Of a stretch of 33,359 nt of DNA, positions 21,811 through 33,359 are shown piece after piece. This DNA is from Octopus sinensis (taxonomy: Eukaryota), in the NCBI RefSeq assembly GCF_006345805.1, contig NW_021832084.1:1-33359 (forward strand), written 5' to 3'. Below the pieces are notes generated by a model. It had not been told where the DNA came from, searched no databases, and saw only the letters and a list, made by a program, of their open reading frames with translations. Made by a program: the position numbers and the translations under genes. The first letter of the stretch is position 1. Every line of letters starts with the position of its first letter.

Positions 21811-22673
21811 GAAAGTTGGTTTGTGAAAGCACGTGGGTGAATATATAGAAAAAAAGTAAAGAGTGAAAAAACTACAGAAGGCTTAAATGTTAAAAAATAT
21901 ATATATTTGCGTCAATATGTCTGAAGAATATTAGAAAATTTTTTCTCTTATAATGACATAATTTAAAAGAAGGACCGGTTTCCCGTGTAGCTTTTCAAAT
22001 TTCTTGCGACGTATATATATATATATATACATCTCTCCTCTTTACTGTCAGTGGAAGAGTAGGGTGGCGGCTCGAAAGCGTTCTTCCATTTTTCCTGAGT
22101 GATTTTTTTTTATTTTGTTTCCCTCAAATATTTATTCTTCGTTTTTGTTTTATTTTTCATAATGATCAACTTTGTGAATATGCATACACTCACACACACG
22201 CACGCACACACAAAGACGCACACAGTCTCATAAACTCACACACAGACACAAATATACATACACATGTTTATATATTTATATATAGATATATATATACATT
22301 AATGAATTTTGTATTGTAAATTCCCTGATGTGAAACCGTGTGTTGAAACAGATATTGTATTTATGGACGGTCATAAGTATTCGTTCTTCGCTCGTTTATC
22401 ACTGTTCTTATCTTAACTCATGTCCATTGTCCGGAAATCATTTGTCACACATCTGTGACCTCTTTAGTGACACGTTCCCTCCTCGTGTGTGCTCCTACTT
22501 CGCTGAGTCCATTCTGTTCTTCTTTAGAGCAACAGAATGAGCTAAGCGGAGAACGAATATGTAGTGCGTCTGTTTCTTTAGCAAAAGGAAAAAAAATACC
22601 ATCTCGGAATACAACAACAACACACATACACACGCACACACGCACGCACACTACGCACACGCACACATATATG

Positions 22674-22960
22674 GTGAAGGCTCACGTTCGTAACTTCGTG
22701 AGTTCAATTCCCAGCGACGCGTTGTGTCCTTGAGCAAGATACTTTATTTCACGTTGCTGCAGTCTACGCAGGTCGCAAAAATGAGTTGTACCTGTGTTTC
22801 AAAGGGCCGGGCTTGGCACACTCTCTGCTAGGCTGAATCTCCTTGAGAACTACCTTAAGTGTACACGTGTCTGTGGAGTACTCAGCCACTTTCACGTTAA
22901 TTTCACGATCAGCCTGTTCTGCTGAGTGGATCAGCTGGAACCCTCGTCGTCGTAACCGAC
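22674..22960 (+). mobile_element. SINE with family-B centre and family-A tail
   Basis: 22716-22785 aligns with 19777-19846, and 22785-22960 aligns with 20177-20353 (GTTGTACCTG...GGAACCCTCGTCGTCGTAACCGAC). Confidence 0.85.
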
Positions 22961-23021
22961 AAACACACACAAGCACACACACACACACACACACACACAC
23001 CACAACACACAACACACACAC

Positions 23022-23066
<45 letters not shown>

Positions 23067-23210
23067 ATATGAATTATCATGCTGGGTAAGTCAATACTAT
23101 TCAACCTAGTATGTGACTAGTACTTTGTCTTGTTGATCACAAATGAGGAAATGAGAAGCTGGCCTAGGCAAGGTTCGATCTTGGAAGCTAAGGGCAGCGA
23201 AGAAATAATA

Positions 23211-23280
23211 CGTAACAGCAGACGAAATATGGCTACGCATTGCACCCGTCGTGCTAACGCTTCTGCCAGCTCGCCTCCTT
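23211..23280 (-). mobile_element. SINE family D, 5' head fragment
   Basis: Reverse complement AAGGAGGCGAGCTGGCAGAAGCGTTAGCACGACGGGTGCAATGCGTAGCCATATTTCGTCTGCTGTTACG. Confidence 0.8.
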
Positions 23281-23281
23281 T

Positions 23282-23282
<1 letters not shown>

Positions 23283-23335
<53 letters not shown>

Positions 23336-23447
23336 AAGAAGTGGAAAACGACGACAAAGAAGAAGAATAAGGAGGAGGAGGAGGAGAAGAAGAAGAAGAA
23401 GAAGAAGAAGAAGAAGAAGAAGAGAAGAAGAAGAAGAAGAAGAAGAA
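23283..23447. repeat. (AAT)n followed by (GGA)/(GAA)n
   Basis: Seen directly. Confidence 0.95.
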
Positions 23448-23450
23448 AAT

Positions 23451-23590
23451 GATTTCTACTTTAGACACAAGGCCAGCAATTTTTGAGTGGTGCGGTTTCC
23501 AGTTGATTATATCGACGCTAGTGATCAATGTTCCTGATTTTTTCGACCCCAAAAAGATGGCAGACCAATTAGACCACGGTGGAGTTTGAT
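23451..23590 (-). mobile_element. SINE family D-related, 3' part (alternative tail), diverged
   Basis: TTCTACTTTAGACACAAGGCC...GATTATATCGAC...TCGACCCCAAAAAGATGG...GACCACGGTGGAGTTTGA, homologous to 27175-27320. Confidence 0.6.
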
Positions 23591-24469
23591 CTCTCCCTCT
23601 CTCCATCTTAATATACAAATGTATATCAATAGTTAGTTAGAGAGGGAAGTGGGAAGGGTGAGAGAGATTTATATAGAGATTTATAGAGATTTATAAATAA
23701 GCAATAAGATGATTGGTAGATAGATATGTATATATATATATACATCTAACTAAATTTATATATATATATATACCACAGTAAAAGAGACACTTGTAGTTTA
23801 TATGTGAATATGTTGGCGTGTCTGTGTGTGTGTCTGTATGAATGTATGCAAGTGTGAATATGTGTGTGTGCTTGTGTGTGAATGTTTTGTGTGCGCACGT
23901 ATATATTTGTAACCTTGTTTCAAGTCTAATAAGTATGTCGTAATTTCGATTCCTCAAATTGAAAGAACGAAAAGTAATAAATATAAAAACTGTCAGAAAC
24001 ATATATACGCTCACTAATAACTGCACATCTACATACATACACACACACACACACACATACACATAATTACAAATACTTCCATACACAAAGTAGTACTTGC
24101 GCACACATAGAAAGAAAACGGATACACAAACATCAAATAAAACAATCATAAGTAGAGTATAGCAGAATGGCAAATTAAAATATAATGAAAATAATGAAAC
24201 GCTAAAACGCGATCAACAACAGCAACAGGATAAACAATATCAGCATTATTAAGAGAAGCATTAACAACAATGCGAAAACAAAGTAGAATTAAAAGCAACG
24301 ACAGAAATGAAGAAATATCAAAGAACAACCTACAACACCCACAATAACCATAAACATATCGTTGGATTTCATTCAATAAGACAAACAACTGCATCAAGTG
24401 CACGAACTTCTTTCTCTATTTTCGCTTTCTTCTTTGTATTTCTCTCCCCTTCGCCACCATCAAATATCA

Positions 24470-25009
24470 ACATCATCATCCTGATCCTCCTCATCATCAT
24501 ACTGATCATCAACATCCTCATCGTCGTCGTCGTAATCATCACCATGCTCATCATCATCATCATCACCTTTCTTTCTTTTTTTCTTTTTTCTTCCTTTCTT
24601 CATATAATTCTTTGTAATTATTTTGCTTCTTTTTCTTTTCCGTTGTTCTCTCTTCATCCATGTTGTTTTACTTCTCCTTCTGCTTCTTCTTCTTCTTCTT
24701 TTCTTCTTTTCTTCTTTTCTTCTTTTCTTCTTCTTCTTCTTCTTCTTCTTCTTCTTCTTCTTCTTCTTCTTCTTCTTCTTCTACTTCCATTTTTTCTTCT
24801 TCCTCGTCTTTGTCTTCCTTCACCTTCCTCTTCTTTTTTTCTTCTTCGACTCTTCTTTTTCATCTTCATTTCCTTTTTCTTTCTTTCTTTCTTCTTCCTT
24901 CTGTTTCTTCTTCCATCTTTTTCTTCTTCCTATTGTTATCCTTGTTTCTCCTTTTTCTTCTTCTTCTTCTTCTTCTTCTTCTTCTTCTTCTTCTTCTTCC
25001 TTCTTATTC

Positions 25010-25045
<36 letters not shown>

Positions 25046-25150
25046 TATTATTATTATTAGTATTATCATTAGTATCCTTATATTATTATTATTAAGTATT
25101 TACGATCATCATCATCTATCATCATTATTGTTATTATATGATTATTATTA

Positions 25151-25191
<41 letters not shown>

Positions 25192-25195
25192 TATT
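24470..25195. repeat. Compound trinucleotide tract (CAT)n-(CTT)n-(ATT)n
   Basis: Seen directly; produces the poly-L/F/S/I ORFs. Confidence 0.95.
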
Positions 25196-25494
25196 TAAAT
25201 ATTTTGTTGTTTACTCTTTCTCTTCTACTAGAATCATTTAGTTGAACAACAGGACTTATATTAATGGCGCCATCTTGATAAAATATAATTATTCAACGTC
25301 GCTCTTTCGCAAATTATCTTCAACGTTTCGAAAGGAGAATAAAGTGGATGCGAAAATTTTCTATAAATCTGGAAAAATAATAAAGAAAAATGATAATAAT
25401 AAAAGTAATAGTTAAAATCCAGAAAACAATAAAGACATCAACAAAGCAAAAACAGTGAAAAACAACAACAAAAACCACCGAGGACAACAACAAC

Positions 25495-25534
<40 letters not shown>

Positions 25535-25548
25535 ATAGTAGTAGTAGT
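25495..25548. repeat. (AGT)n repeat
   Basis: Seen directly. Confidence 0.95.
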
Positions 25549-25718
25549 AACAATGATAGAAGCTAGGTGGCATTACTGATGGTTTTGTTTGGAATAACAC
25601 ATTCGAACAGTTTAATTGAACAGAACAATAAAAATTTGTCAACACCTTGTAGGCTTGCTTTATTAATATGGTTAGTGTAGAAGTAATGTACAATTTGTAC
25701 GTGGTCTATTATAAATTG

Positions 25719-25795
<77 letters not shown>

Positions 25796-25865
25796 ACATA
25801 TACATATTTATATATAATATATATATATATATGTAATGTATTTATATATATATATGTATACAAGC

Positions 25866-25897
<32 letters not shown>

Positions 25898-26380
25898 CAA
25901 GCATATATACATATACACATGCATATATATATATAATGCTGTGTGTGTTGGTCGATGTGTATGTATATACATACGTATAATTATATGTATTTTTGTATGC
26001 GAGTATTATGAGTGTATACGTACACATATATGTACATACGTTTGTGTGTGTATGTGTGTAAGTATGTATGTATATACACACACCCATATATATATATACA
26101 TATAGCATTTGTCTCTCTCTCAAGCATTACACATATCAATAAACGTATTTGTCTGTTCATCACTATTTTCCACTTGATAATTCATAGAATCGAATCCACA
26201 GTCATCCCCTCCTCCTCTTCTTCCTCTTCTACCCGCCGCTCTCTCACCTTCCTTCATCACATTTTACTCTGTTTCTATCTCATTATTACGAGTTAAACGT
26301 AAGCCACTGCGTTTCAGAAAACGCTGTAAATTTCCCTGCATCATGGTTAGTTAATTGTCTAACTCTAAAACATACCCATA

Positions 26381-26528
26381 GGGGCGTGGCTAAGCTTGCT
26401 TTCAACCATGAAATTTTGGTTTCAGTCCCACTGAACAGCGCATTGGACGAGTTTCTTACACTTGTTCCGAGTCGGCCAGATGGACAGAGCGATTTTCGTA
26501 GGCGAGAACCGAAATAAGTACGCCGTAT
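26381..26528 (+). mobile_element. SINE family C, 5' half, diverged
   Basis: GGCGTGGCTAAGCTTGCTTTCAACCATG...GGTTTCAGTCCCACTG...GAGTCGGCCAGA...TTTCGTAGGCGAGAACCGAAATAAG. Confidence 0.6.
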
Positions 26529-26553
26529 TTATAAATTTATGTACTAATGTTTT

Positions 26554-26716
26554 GTGAAAGAGTACAACAGGGGTCGCCACCACCCCCTGCAGGAGCCTCG
26601 TGGAGCTTTAGGTGTTTCCGCTCAATAAACACTCACAATACCCGCTCTGGGAATCGAAACCGTGATACTACGACCGCGAGTCCGCTGCCCAAAACACTGG
26701 GCCATTGCGTATCCAC
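26554..26716 (-). mobile_element. SINE family A, 5' fragment, tandem unit 1
   Basis: Reverse complement of about 19984-20143. Truncated at CTCTTTCAC. Confidence 0.9.
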
Positions 26717-26762
26717 ACTAATGTTTATATTATGTGTATAATAATTTATATACTAATGCTTT

Positions 26763-26922
26763 GTGAAAGAGTGCAGCAGGTTTCGCCACCACTCACTGCC
26801 GGCGCCTCGTGAAGCTTTAGGTGTTTTCACTCAATAAACACTCCCAATATCCGGTCTAGGGCTCGAAACCGCGATCCTACGACAAGTCCGCTGCCCTAAG
26901 CACTGGACCATTGCGCCTCCAC
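26763..26922 (-). mobile_element. SINE family A, 5' fragment, tandem unit 2
   Basis: Same fragment and same truncation point, 209 bp downstream of unit 1. Confidence 0.9.
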
Positions 26923-27174
26923 GGTAATGTTTATATTATGTGTATAAAGATTTATATAATGATGCTTATATAATGTGTATATACATGTATATAGTAATGT
27001 TCATACTAACGCTTGTTTATATTCCGAGTTATGATAAAAATAATTTTACTTTAAACTCAAAGATTACTGAATGCAAGTTGTAGAATATATATTTATAATT
27101 CGCCAACAAGTCTATTCGATGAAGGTAAAGATGTGCGAAACCTCCAAGTCACTGGTAATACCATTGTAGTTAAT

Positions 27175-27392
27175 AATCTTTGCTACTCTAGGCGCGAGGC
27201 CTGAAACATTGGGGAGGGGGTGATAGTCGATTATATCAACCCCTGTGCGTAACTCGTAGTTATTTTATCGACGTCGACTTGACGAAAGGCAAAGTCGACC
27301 ACGGCGAAATTTGAACTCTGAGCGTCAAGGCGGACGAAACGCTGCAAAACATTTTGCCTGAAATGGTAACGATTCTGCCAACCTGCTACCTT
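27175..27392 (-). mobile_element. SINE family D-related, full length, alternative tail
   Basis: GAAAGGCAAAGTCGACCACGGCGAAATTTGAACTCTGAGCG...TAACGATTCTGCCAACCTGCTACCTT. The tail CTACTCTAGGCGCGAGGCC differs from the 14703 and 18064 copies. Confidence 0.8.
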
Positions 27393-27569
27393 CATTTTTG
27401 TTAATGTTACCGAAGGTTTTTGTGTGTGCGCGCGCTTTTCTATGACCAAAGATTCTCCAGTTTCTTTATTGAAATCCATTTTTTAAATTTTTCTTTTTCC
27501 TTTTTTTTTTTTGTTTTTTTTACGAAACATTGGGCTGCAATGTAGGAATAATTAGAAAGATTTATACAA

Positions 27570-27802
27570 AGGAAGATTACTAAATTTGGTCAATGAAAGG
27601 ATTTTTTGATAATGAAGATTGGTCGTCCATGCATGAACTCAAGGCCAAAGCAAAAATTTCATAATAATTTGAAAATTGCTTCTCAGTTGCCGAAAGTTAG
27701 AACAACCACGAGGTAGTCGTTAATTACATTCAAAAAACAAAAAAAAAAGAATTAGAGGTTTTCTTAGAAAAATATTCACGAATATTTTTGGTGTCCAGTA
27801 TA
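27570..27802 (+). pseudogene. Possible mariner/Tc1 transposase C-terminal remnant
   Basis: EDY*IWSMKGFFDNEDWSSMHELKAKAKIS* loosely resembles the DYHLF...FNSLEELK region. Very degraded. Confidence 0.2.
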
Positions 27803-28442
27803 TTTTGCATAATTAGGAAACCGTTTTAAATAATGCAAAATAACTCAAATGCGCTAAGGGCAAGAATTCTGAGTTGTGGGGAACGATGTTCTGCAAAAGA
27901 TTTTTGATAGTTTGACATTTGCATTTTTGCTGCACAAAGAAGGAATAAAAAATGGAATTTACCCTTAAGCATGAAAATTTAAGTTTGGAAAACAAAATCA
28001 CATTTGTTAGAACAAAAAAATATATAAGCTCCGATGCACGAACGTTCAATTCTATCGTGAAATTAATTTTTAATTACCTGAAATAGCTTCTTTAATCTCC
28101 AAATTGTCGTTTTAGTCTTTGAGGCATCCTGAAAATTACCATCAAGTTAAGTTAGCCTTCTTCAACTAAGCGTCAAATTTCAATCAGTTCATTAATCATA
28201 ATTAGGACATTCACTCCATCTTTACGTACGTGATTACGTATGCTACCCACCAAAATAGACTTATAGTTGATGAAGAATCGAATGTGCTACGTCTACAGTG
28301 TTGTCATATTTTTGTAACGAAAAGAATAAGAAAAGAAAGAAGAAAGTAAAAAAATGAGGAATTTTCCCTGATTTCAGTTTACTGATACCTGTGAAATCAC
28401 TAGGAATTCCTGACAAAATTAGGAAGTTGTGCGTTGTCCAGT

Positions 28443-28444
28443 AT

Positions 28445-28478
<34 letters not shown>

Positions 28479-28632
28479 CATTATTATTATTATTATTATT
28501 ATTATCATCATTATTATTATTATTATTATTATTGTTATTATCACCATTATTTTATTATTATTATTATTATCATCATTATTTTTATTATTATTATTATTAT
28601 TATTATCATTATTATTATTATTATTATTATTA

Positions 28633-28682
<50 letters not shown>
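28443..28682. repeat. Long (ATT)n tract with ATC variants
   Basis: Seen directly; directly abuts an R4/Dong 3' end. Confidence 0.95.
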
Positions 28683-28850
28683 AAAACTCACAGCCTATTT
28701 TACTGGGTATGATGGAAAGTGGTGTTAGCTGTCCACGGCCGGCTGACTAAGGTGTCACTTGTCTTCTAGTCATGCTTCAATAACAATGCGAACATTTCTT
28801 GCAGTTCCAAGGAATGGTGATATTTGTAGGTGTTTTACCTTCACACTTTG
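28683..28850 (-). mobile_element. R4/Dong-type retrotransposon extreme 3' end
   Basis: Translation QSVKVKHLQISPFLGTARNVRIVIEA* (stop 28770-28772), compared with the EHLQKTALLGTARILRKVLE terminus. Short 3' UTR, then (TAA)n. Confidence 0.7.
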
Positions 28851-28919
28851 AAAAGAAACTTTACAGTTGTTAAAATGGGCAACACATCATTATCCAATCT
28901 GTCGTAGAGCCCAGAGAGA

Positions 28920-29088
28920 TATTTCTTTATTGCCCTCAAGGGGCTAAACACAGAGAGGACAAAGAAGGGCAGTCAAGGGATAAAGTCGATGTAGACTTCG
29001 GAGGAATTTGAACTTAGAACATAACGGCAGACGAACTACTGATAAGCATTACGCCCGGCGCGCTAACGTTCTGCCAGCTCGCCGCCTT
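28920..29088 (-). mobile_element. SINE family D with an internal deletion
   Basis: Head AAGGCGGCGAGCTGGCAGAACGTTAGCGCGCCGGGCG and tail GCAATAAAGAAATA are present. The central GCCTTTCATCC...GTACCAG block is missing. Confidence 0.85.
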
Positions 29089-29102
29089 ATGTGAGAGAAT
29101 AC

Positions 29103-29366
<264 letters not shown>

Positions 29367-29990
29367 ATATGGGGGTATATAATGCATAATATATGTGCGG
29401 TTATCATATATGCAAGAATTCTAACGCAAGCACATGGAGGTGTATGGGTATATGCCTTTCCATGCATAAGTGTTTATACGCAGACATATTAATATGTAAT
29501 ACACATACGCATATATATGCGTCTGTGCACGTGTGCGCGCGCCTGCGTATGTGTGTGTTTGTGTGTGTGTGCGTGTTTGTGTTTGTGTGTGTCTGTCTAT
29601 TCCTAATGCCAAATGGTAAAGGGGGGGGGACGTAGGACAGGACCGTCCAATAGAAATAATGGTGGATATGTCACATTTAATGGACTTCAATGTAAAATTG
29701 TATTACTATGAGTTCCCATATATATCACCGATATGCACTTGTACATAGCGCGTTAAATGGATGCATGTAATGTATTTATGTGTGTATGTATGTATGTACT
29801 TAAGCATATATGTGTGCATGTATGCATGCACGTATGAAAGGTGTACTTATGAATATTATAGAATTACAATATAACATTACGACTTGGTATGAATTGGCAT
29901 GAACCAATTTAAAACAACACACACACAGGTACACACACAAACATAACATACATTGACACACAGAAATATATGTGTCTGCGTGTGTGTTTT

Positions 29991-30024
<34 letters not shown>

Positions 30025-30157
30025 TTACACTCTTTGTACCATTCTATATGCCTGCCTCTGTTTATCTAAATATTTACTTATTCATTTCTCTGTCTATCTA
30101 TGTCTCGGTCTCTCCTTTAACATATATAGCACGTATACATATATACACAATTACACA

Positions 30158-30159
<2 letters not shown>

Positions 30160-30201
<42 letters not shown>

Positions 30202-30299
30202 TATATATATATAGGCAGAGAGATAGTGAGAAAGAAACAATTACCAAGACGTAGCGAAAGAGATGAATAGACACACACACGCACACATACACACACCAC

Positions 30300-30382
<83 letters not shown>

Positions 30383-30397
30383 ATATATGTATATATA

Positions 30398-30444
<47 letters not shown>

Positions 30445-30470
30445 ATATATATATATATATACATATAGAC
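30160..30470. repeat. (TA)n tracts
   Basis: Seen directly. Confidence 0.9.
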
Positions 30471-31099
30471 ATACATACATGCATGTATGCATGCATAAAT
30501 ACTTAAGTAAGTACATATATGCGATTGAGGAGTCGCGCATGATTACAAACCCTCCTCCAAATTTCATTTTGCCAACATTAACGTGAATGCGGGACGTTAA
30601 TGCCATTTCTAAATGACGTTAAGTAGAGCAGGTCATGGAATGGAAACAGCTACAAAGGACATCCAATTAGAAAATCTTATTTACCTTGGCACTATACACT
30701 CTCTTGATGGGCTTCTAGATTCTGGCCTAGATTCATCGCCATCTATATTTTCGTGTCTTTCATTTTTATTTGGCGGGAATGCGTATACGAATGTATGCAT
30801 TTGTGTATCTCTATGTTTGTATATTTATTTGTATGTATGGAGTTTAGCTGGTGGAGATAATCCTATAGGGATATAAATCACACAGAGACATGGCGTGCAG
30901 TCGCTGTGTAGGTATATTTATTAATATACGTGTATACTTTTATATACACGCCTTTTTATTTTGTTAGACTGATACAGTTCCAAATATACATATATATATA
31001 TATATATAAATACATATGTGTGTGCATCATTTGTGTATATTTAATTATATATACTTTCAATACGTACACACAACACTTGTAATATACTTACATACATAT

Positions 31100-31144
<45 letters not shown>

Positions 31145-31199
31145 AGGCATGTATATGTGTGTTGTATGTATATGTGAGTATATATATATATGTATACAC

Positions 31200-31232
<33 letters not shown>

Positions 31233-32118
31233 ATATATATAATATATATACATATATATGTGTGTGTATTTATGTATATAATCACACAATTATAGATATG
31301 CATATTATCATATTTCGGTACCTTGATATATGTACGCATAGAGAAAAAAAAACATCTATCTATATCTATATGTGAAGTAAAAGAAAAGTATGCGTATTAG
31401 CATATATATATATACACACATACGTACATACGTATTCTTAAACATTATCAAATGAATCGTAGTCATCAATCAAAACCAGTGAAGTGTGTATAAATAAATG
31501 ATGAGGAATATAGGTCAGGAAGCTACAGTGCCCGGCGCATCACAGAGTAATCAAACATGACTCTCAGACGTACAACACGTTAACACCACAAGACAAAACA
31601 TATAGTCTATATCTATATTTCTGGATACGGTCTGTTTGATTTACCTTCAAGCAGTGCTGTACAAAGAGCGAATTGGACGCCATCTCAATATCATTTTATT
31701 TCATTTCAGGTGATGGAAAAATTTTCCAGTTCTTCTATCTTTATGTTTTTTTTTTCTGTGTTGTTTTTCTTTTCTTTTTCGTTTTTGATTTTCCAACGAC
31801 GTAAAACTAATACTAGATTAATATAGCTATGTACTCGACAAGTGACATTTGACGCTGTTAATATCGTAGTGTGTGATATCCCACTAGGTTTTTATTTCAT
31901 GTTTGCCATTGATGTCAACGCATAAGCTTTCCTCGTTAATGTATTATTAATATTCAATACGTCGACACATGTAGTATGCTTGTTTGTATATGAGTCAGTG
32001 TATGTGTGTGTGTTTGTGTGTGTGCTTCTGTTTGCGTGTGTGCGAGTGTGTGTGTCTGTGTGTGTGCGTACAATGTGCGTATATATAATTTTAAGCGACA
32101 TATTTTCACACTATTATC

Positions 32119-32181
<63 letters not shown>

Positions 32182-32983
32182 ATAAATATTATACTATATT
32201 TTATATATGTATATATATATATTTATATATACATATACTTATATATATTATATATGTGTGTGTATTTTTATATATACATATACTTACATATATATGTATT
32301 TATATATACATACATATATATGCATATATATATATACATGTATATGTATATATACATATATATCTATATATATATATGTATATGTGTATATATATATATA
32401 TATACACATACATATATATAGTATATATAAGTGTGTGTCTGTGTTAGTGTGTAGGTGCGTTCCTACATATAATCACACATTCATTATAGGTTCTTACCAA
32501 TATTTAATACGCACATATAAGCACGTATGCTTATGTCTATATGTCTGCATGGATACGTATATATCTATGTACATACATGCATATATAGACCCTCACACAC
32601 GTACACACGCACTCACTCACATATATATATATTACATAATATTTCATTTGATATCAAATATCCGTAGTGTCTTACATGTATAATCGTATAGTGACCTCTT
32701 TGGACTGTTGTATAAATAGTGTTAAGTTTTCTGTGTGCTAGGTGGAGTGTTTAACTGCTTGTTGGGGTTGTTCAAGCATTTGAAGTTAGATAACTTTGTA
32801 GACGAGGATTTTGTTCGTCCACCGATTGAGAAAGGATTGAAATTTATAAACATAAGCGCCATTAACACTTCACGGTATGCTTTGTTTTTTACAATGTACC
32901 CTTGTAATTATGTGAATATGTTTCTCCAAGCCTAGACTTTTGAAAATTCTCTGCCCCATTCGATAGATAGATAGATAGATAAG

Positions 32984-33185
32984 TTTCTTTATTGGCCACA
33001 CAGGGCTGCACACAGATGGGACAAGTTACAAAGTAGAGCTTTTCTTTTAGCGGATGAAAAAAACAAAAAACAAAAGAAACAAAAACAGAAAGGGGTGGCG
33101 TAGGTTTTCGATCAAGAGGGATTGTAAAAGGGAAGAAAAGAACAAAAAAAATAAATAAAAGAAAAAAGAAAAAAAGAAAAAGAAA

Positions 33186-33190
<5 letters not shown>
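32984..33190 (-). mobile_element. Retroposon 3' tail/UTR between (GATA)n arrays, copy 2
   Basis: TTTCTTTATTGGCCACACAGGGCTGCACACAGATGGGACAAGTTACAAAGTAGAGCTTTTC plus a longer purine-rich extension, with GATA runs on both sides. Confidence 0.7.

Positions 33191-33192
<2 letters not shown>

Positions 33193-33260
<68 letters not shown>
33193..33260. repeat. (GATA)n
   Basis: Seen directly. Confidence 0.95.
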
Positions 33261-33297
33261 TGTGGATGGATGAATTGAGAGATAGATGGATATGTGT

Positions 33298-33359
33298 CTT
33301 TATTAGCCTAACAAGGCTGAACACAGAGGGGACAAAATACAAAGTATATCTTTTCTTTT
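33298..33359 (-). mobile_element. Retroposon 3' tail near (GATA)n, copy 3 (runs off the window)
   Basis: CTTTATTAGCCTAACAAGGCTGAACACAGAGGGGACAAAATACAAAGTATATCTTTTC. Confidence 0.65.

Noticed and set aside
26531-26967. Repeat-spacer pattern as a CRISPR array
   Set aside because: Only two long units, made of SINE sequence with the same spacer. No cas genes.
31690-31745. Splice-acceptor-like TTTATTTCATTTCAG
   Set aside because: No convincing exon or downstream donor. Such motifs are common in AT-rich DNA.

Overview
AT-rich, microsatellite-saturated eukaryotic non-coding DNA with no recognisable intact host gene. Most listed ORFs are translations of (TA)n, (CA)n, (GATA)n or trinucleotide repeats. 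The tRNA-derived SINEs resemble the octopus OK/OR-type families as I remember them, so the source is probably an octopod intergenic or intronic region (inference, no search run). Supported content: (i) many SINE copies from at least four families that swap modules; (ii) a decayed piggyBac transposon (14099-15845) with its left TTAA/terminus and transposase motifs, interrupted by a SINE; (iii) three fragments of R4/Dong-type non-LTR retrotransposons next to (TAA)n tracts; (iv) an RTE-like 5' fragment, Helitron-like pieces and a pogo/Tc2-like end; (v) three copies of a 3' tail sitting beside (GATA)n arrays and shared with one SINE family. The most interesting signal is a set of hammerhead-ribozyme (HHR) motifs: one complete at 2513-2558 (- strand) and several partial. 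Two lie at the apex of, and one motif beside, long near-perfect foldback palindromes clustered at 16.8-18.5 kb, consistent with Penelope-like or retrozyme-like mini-elements.
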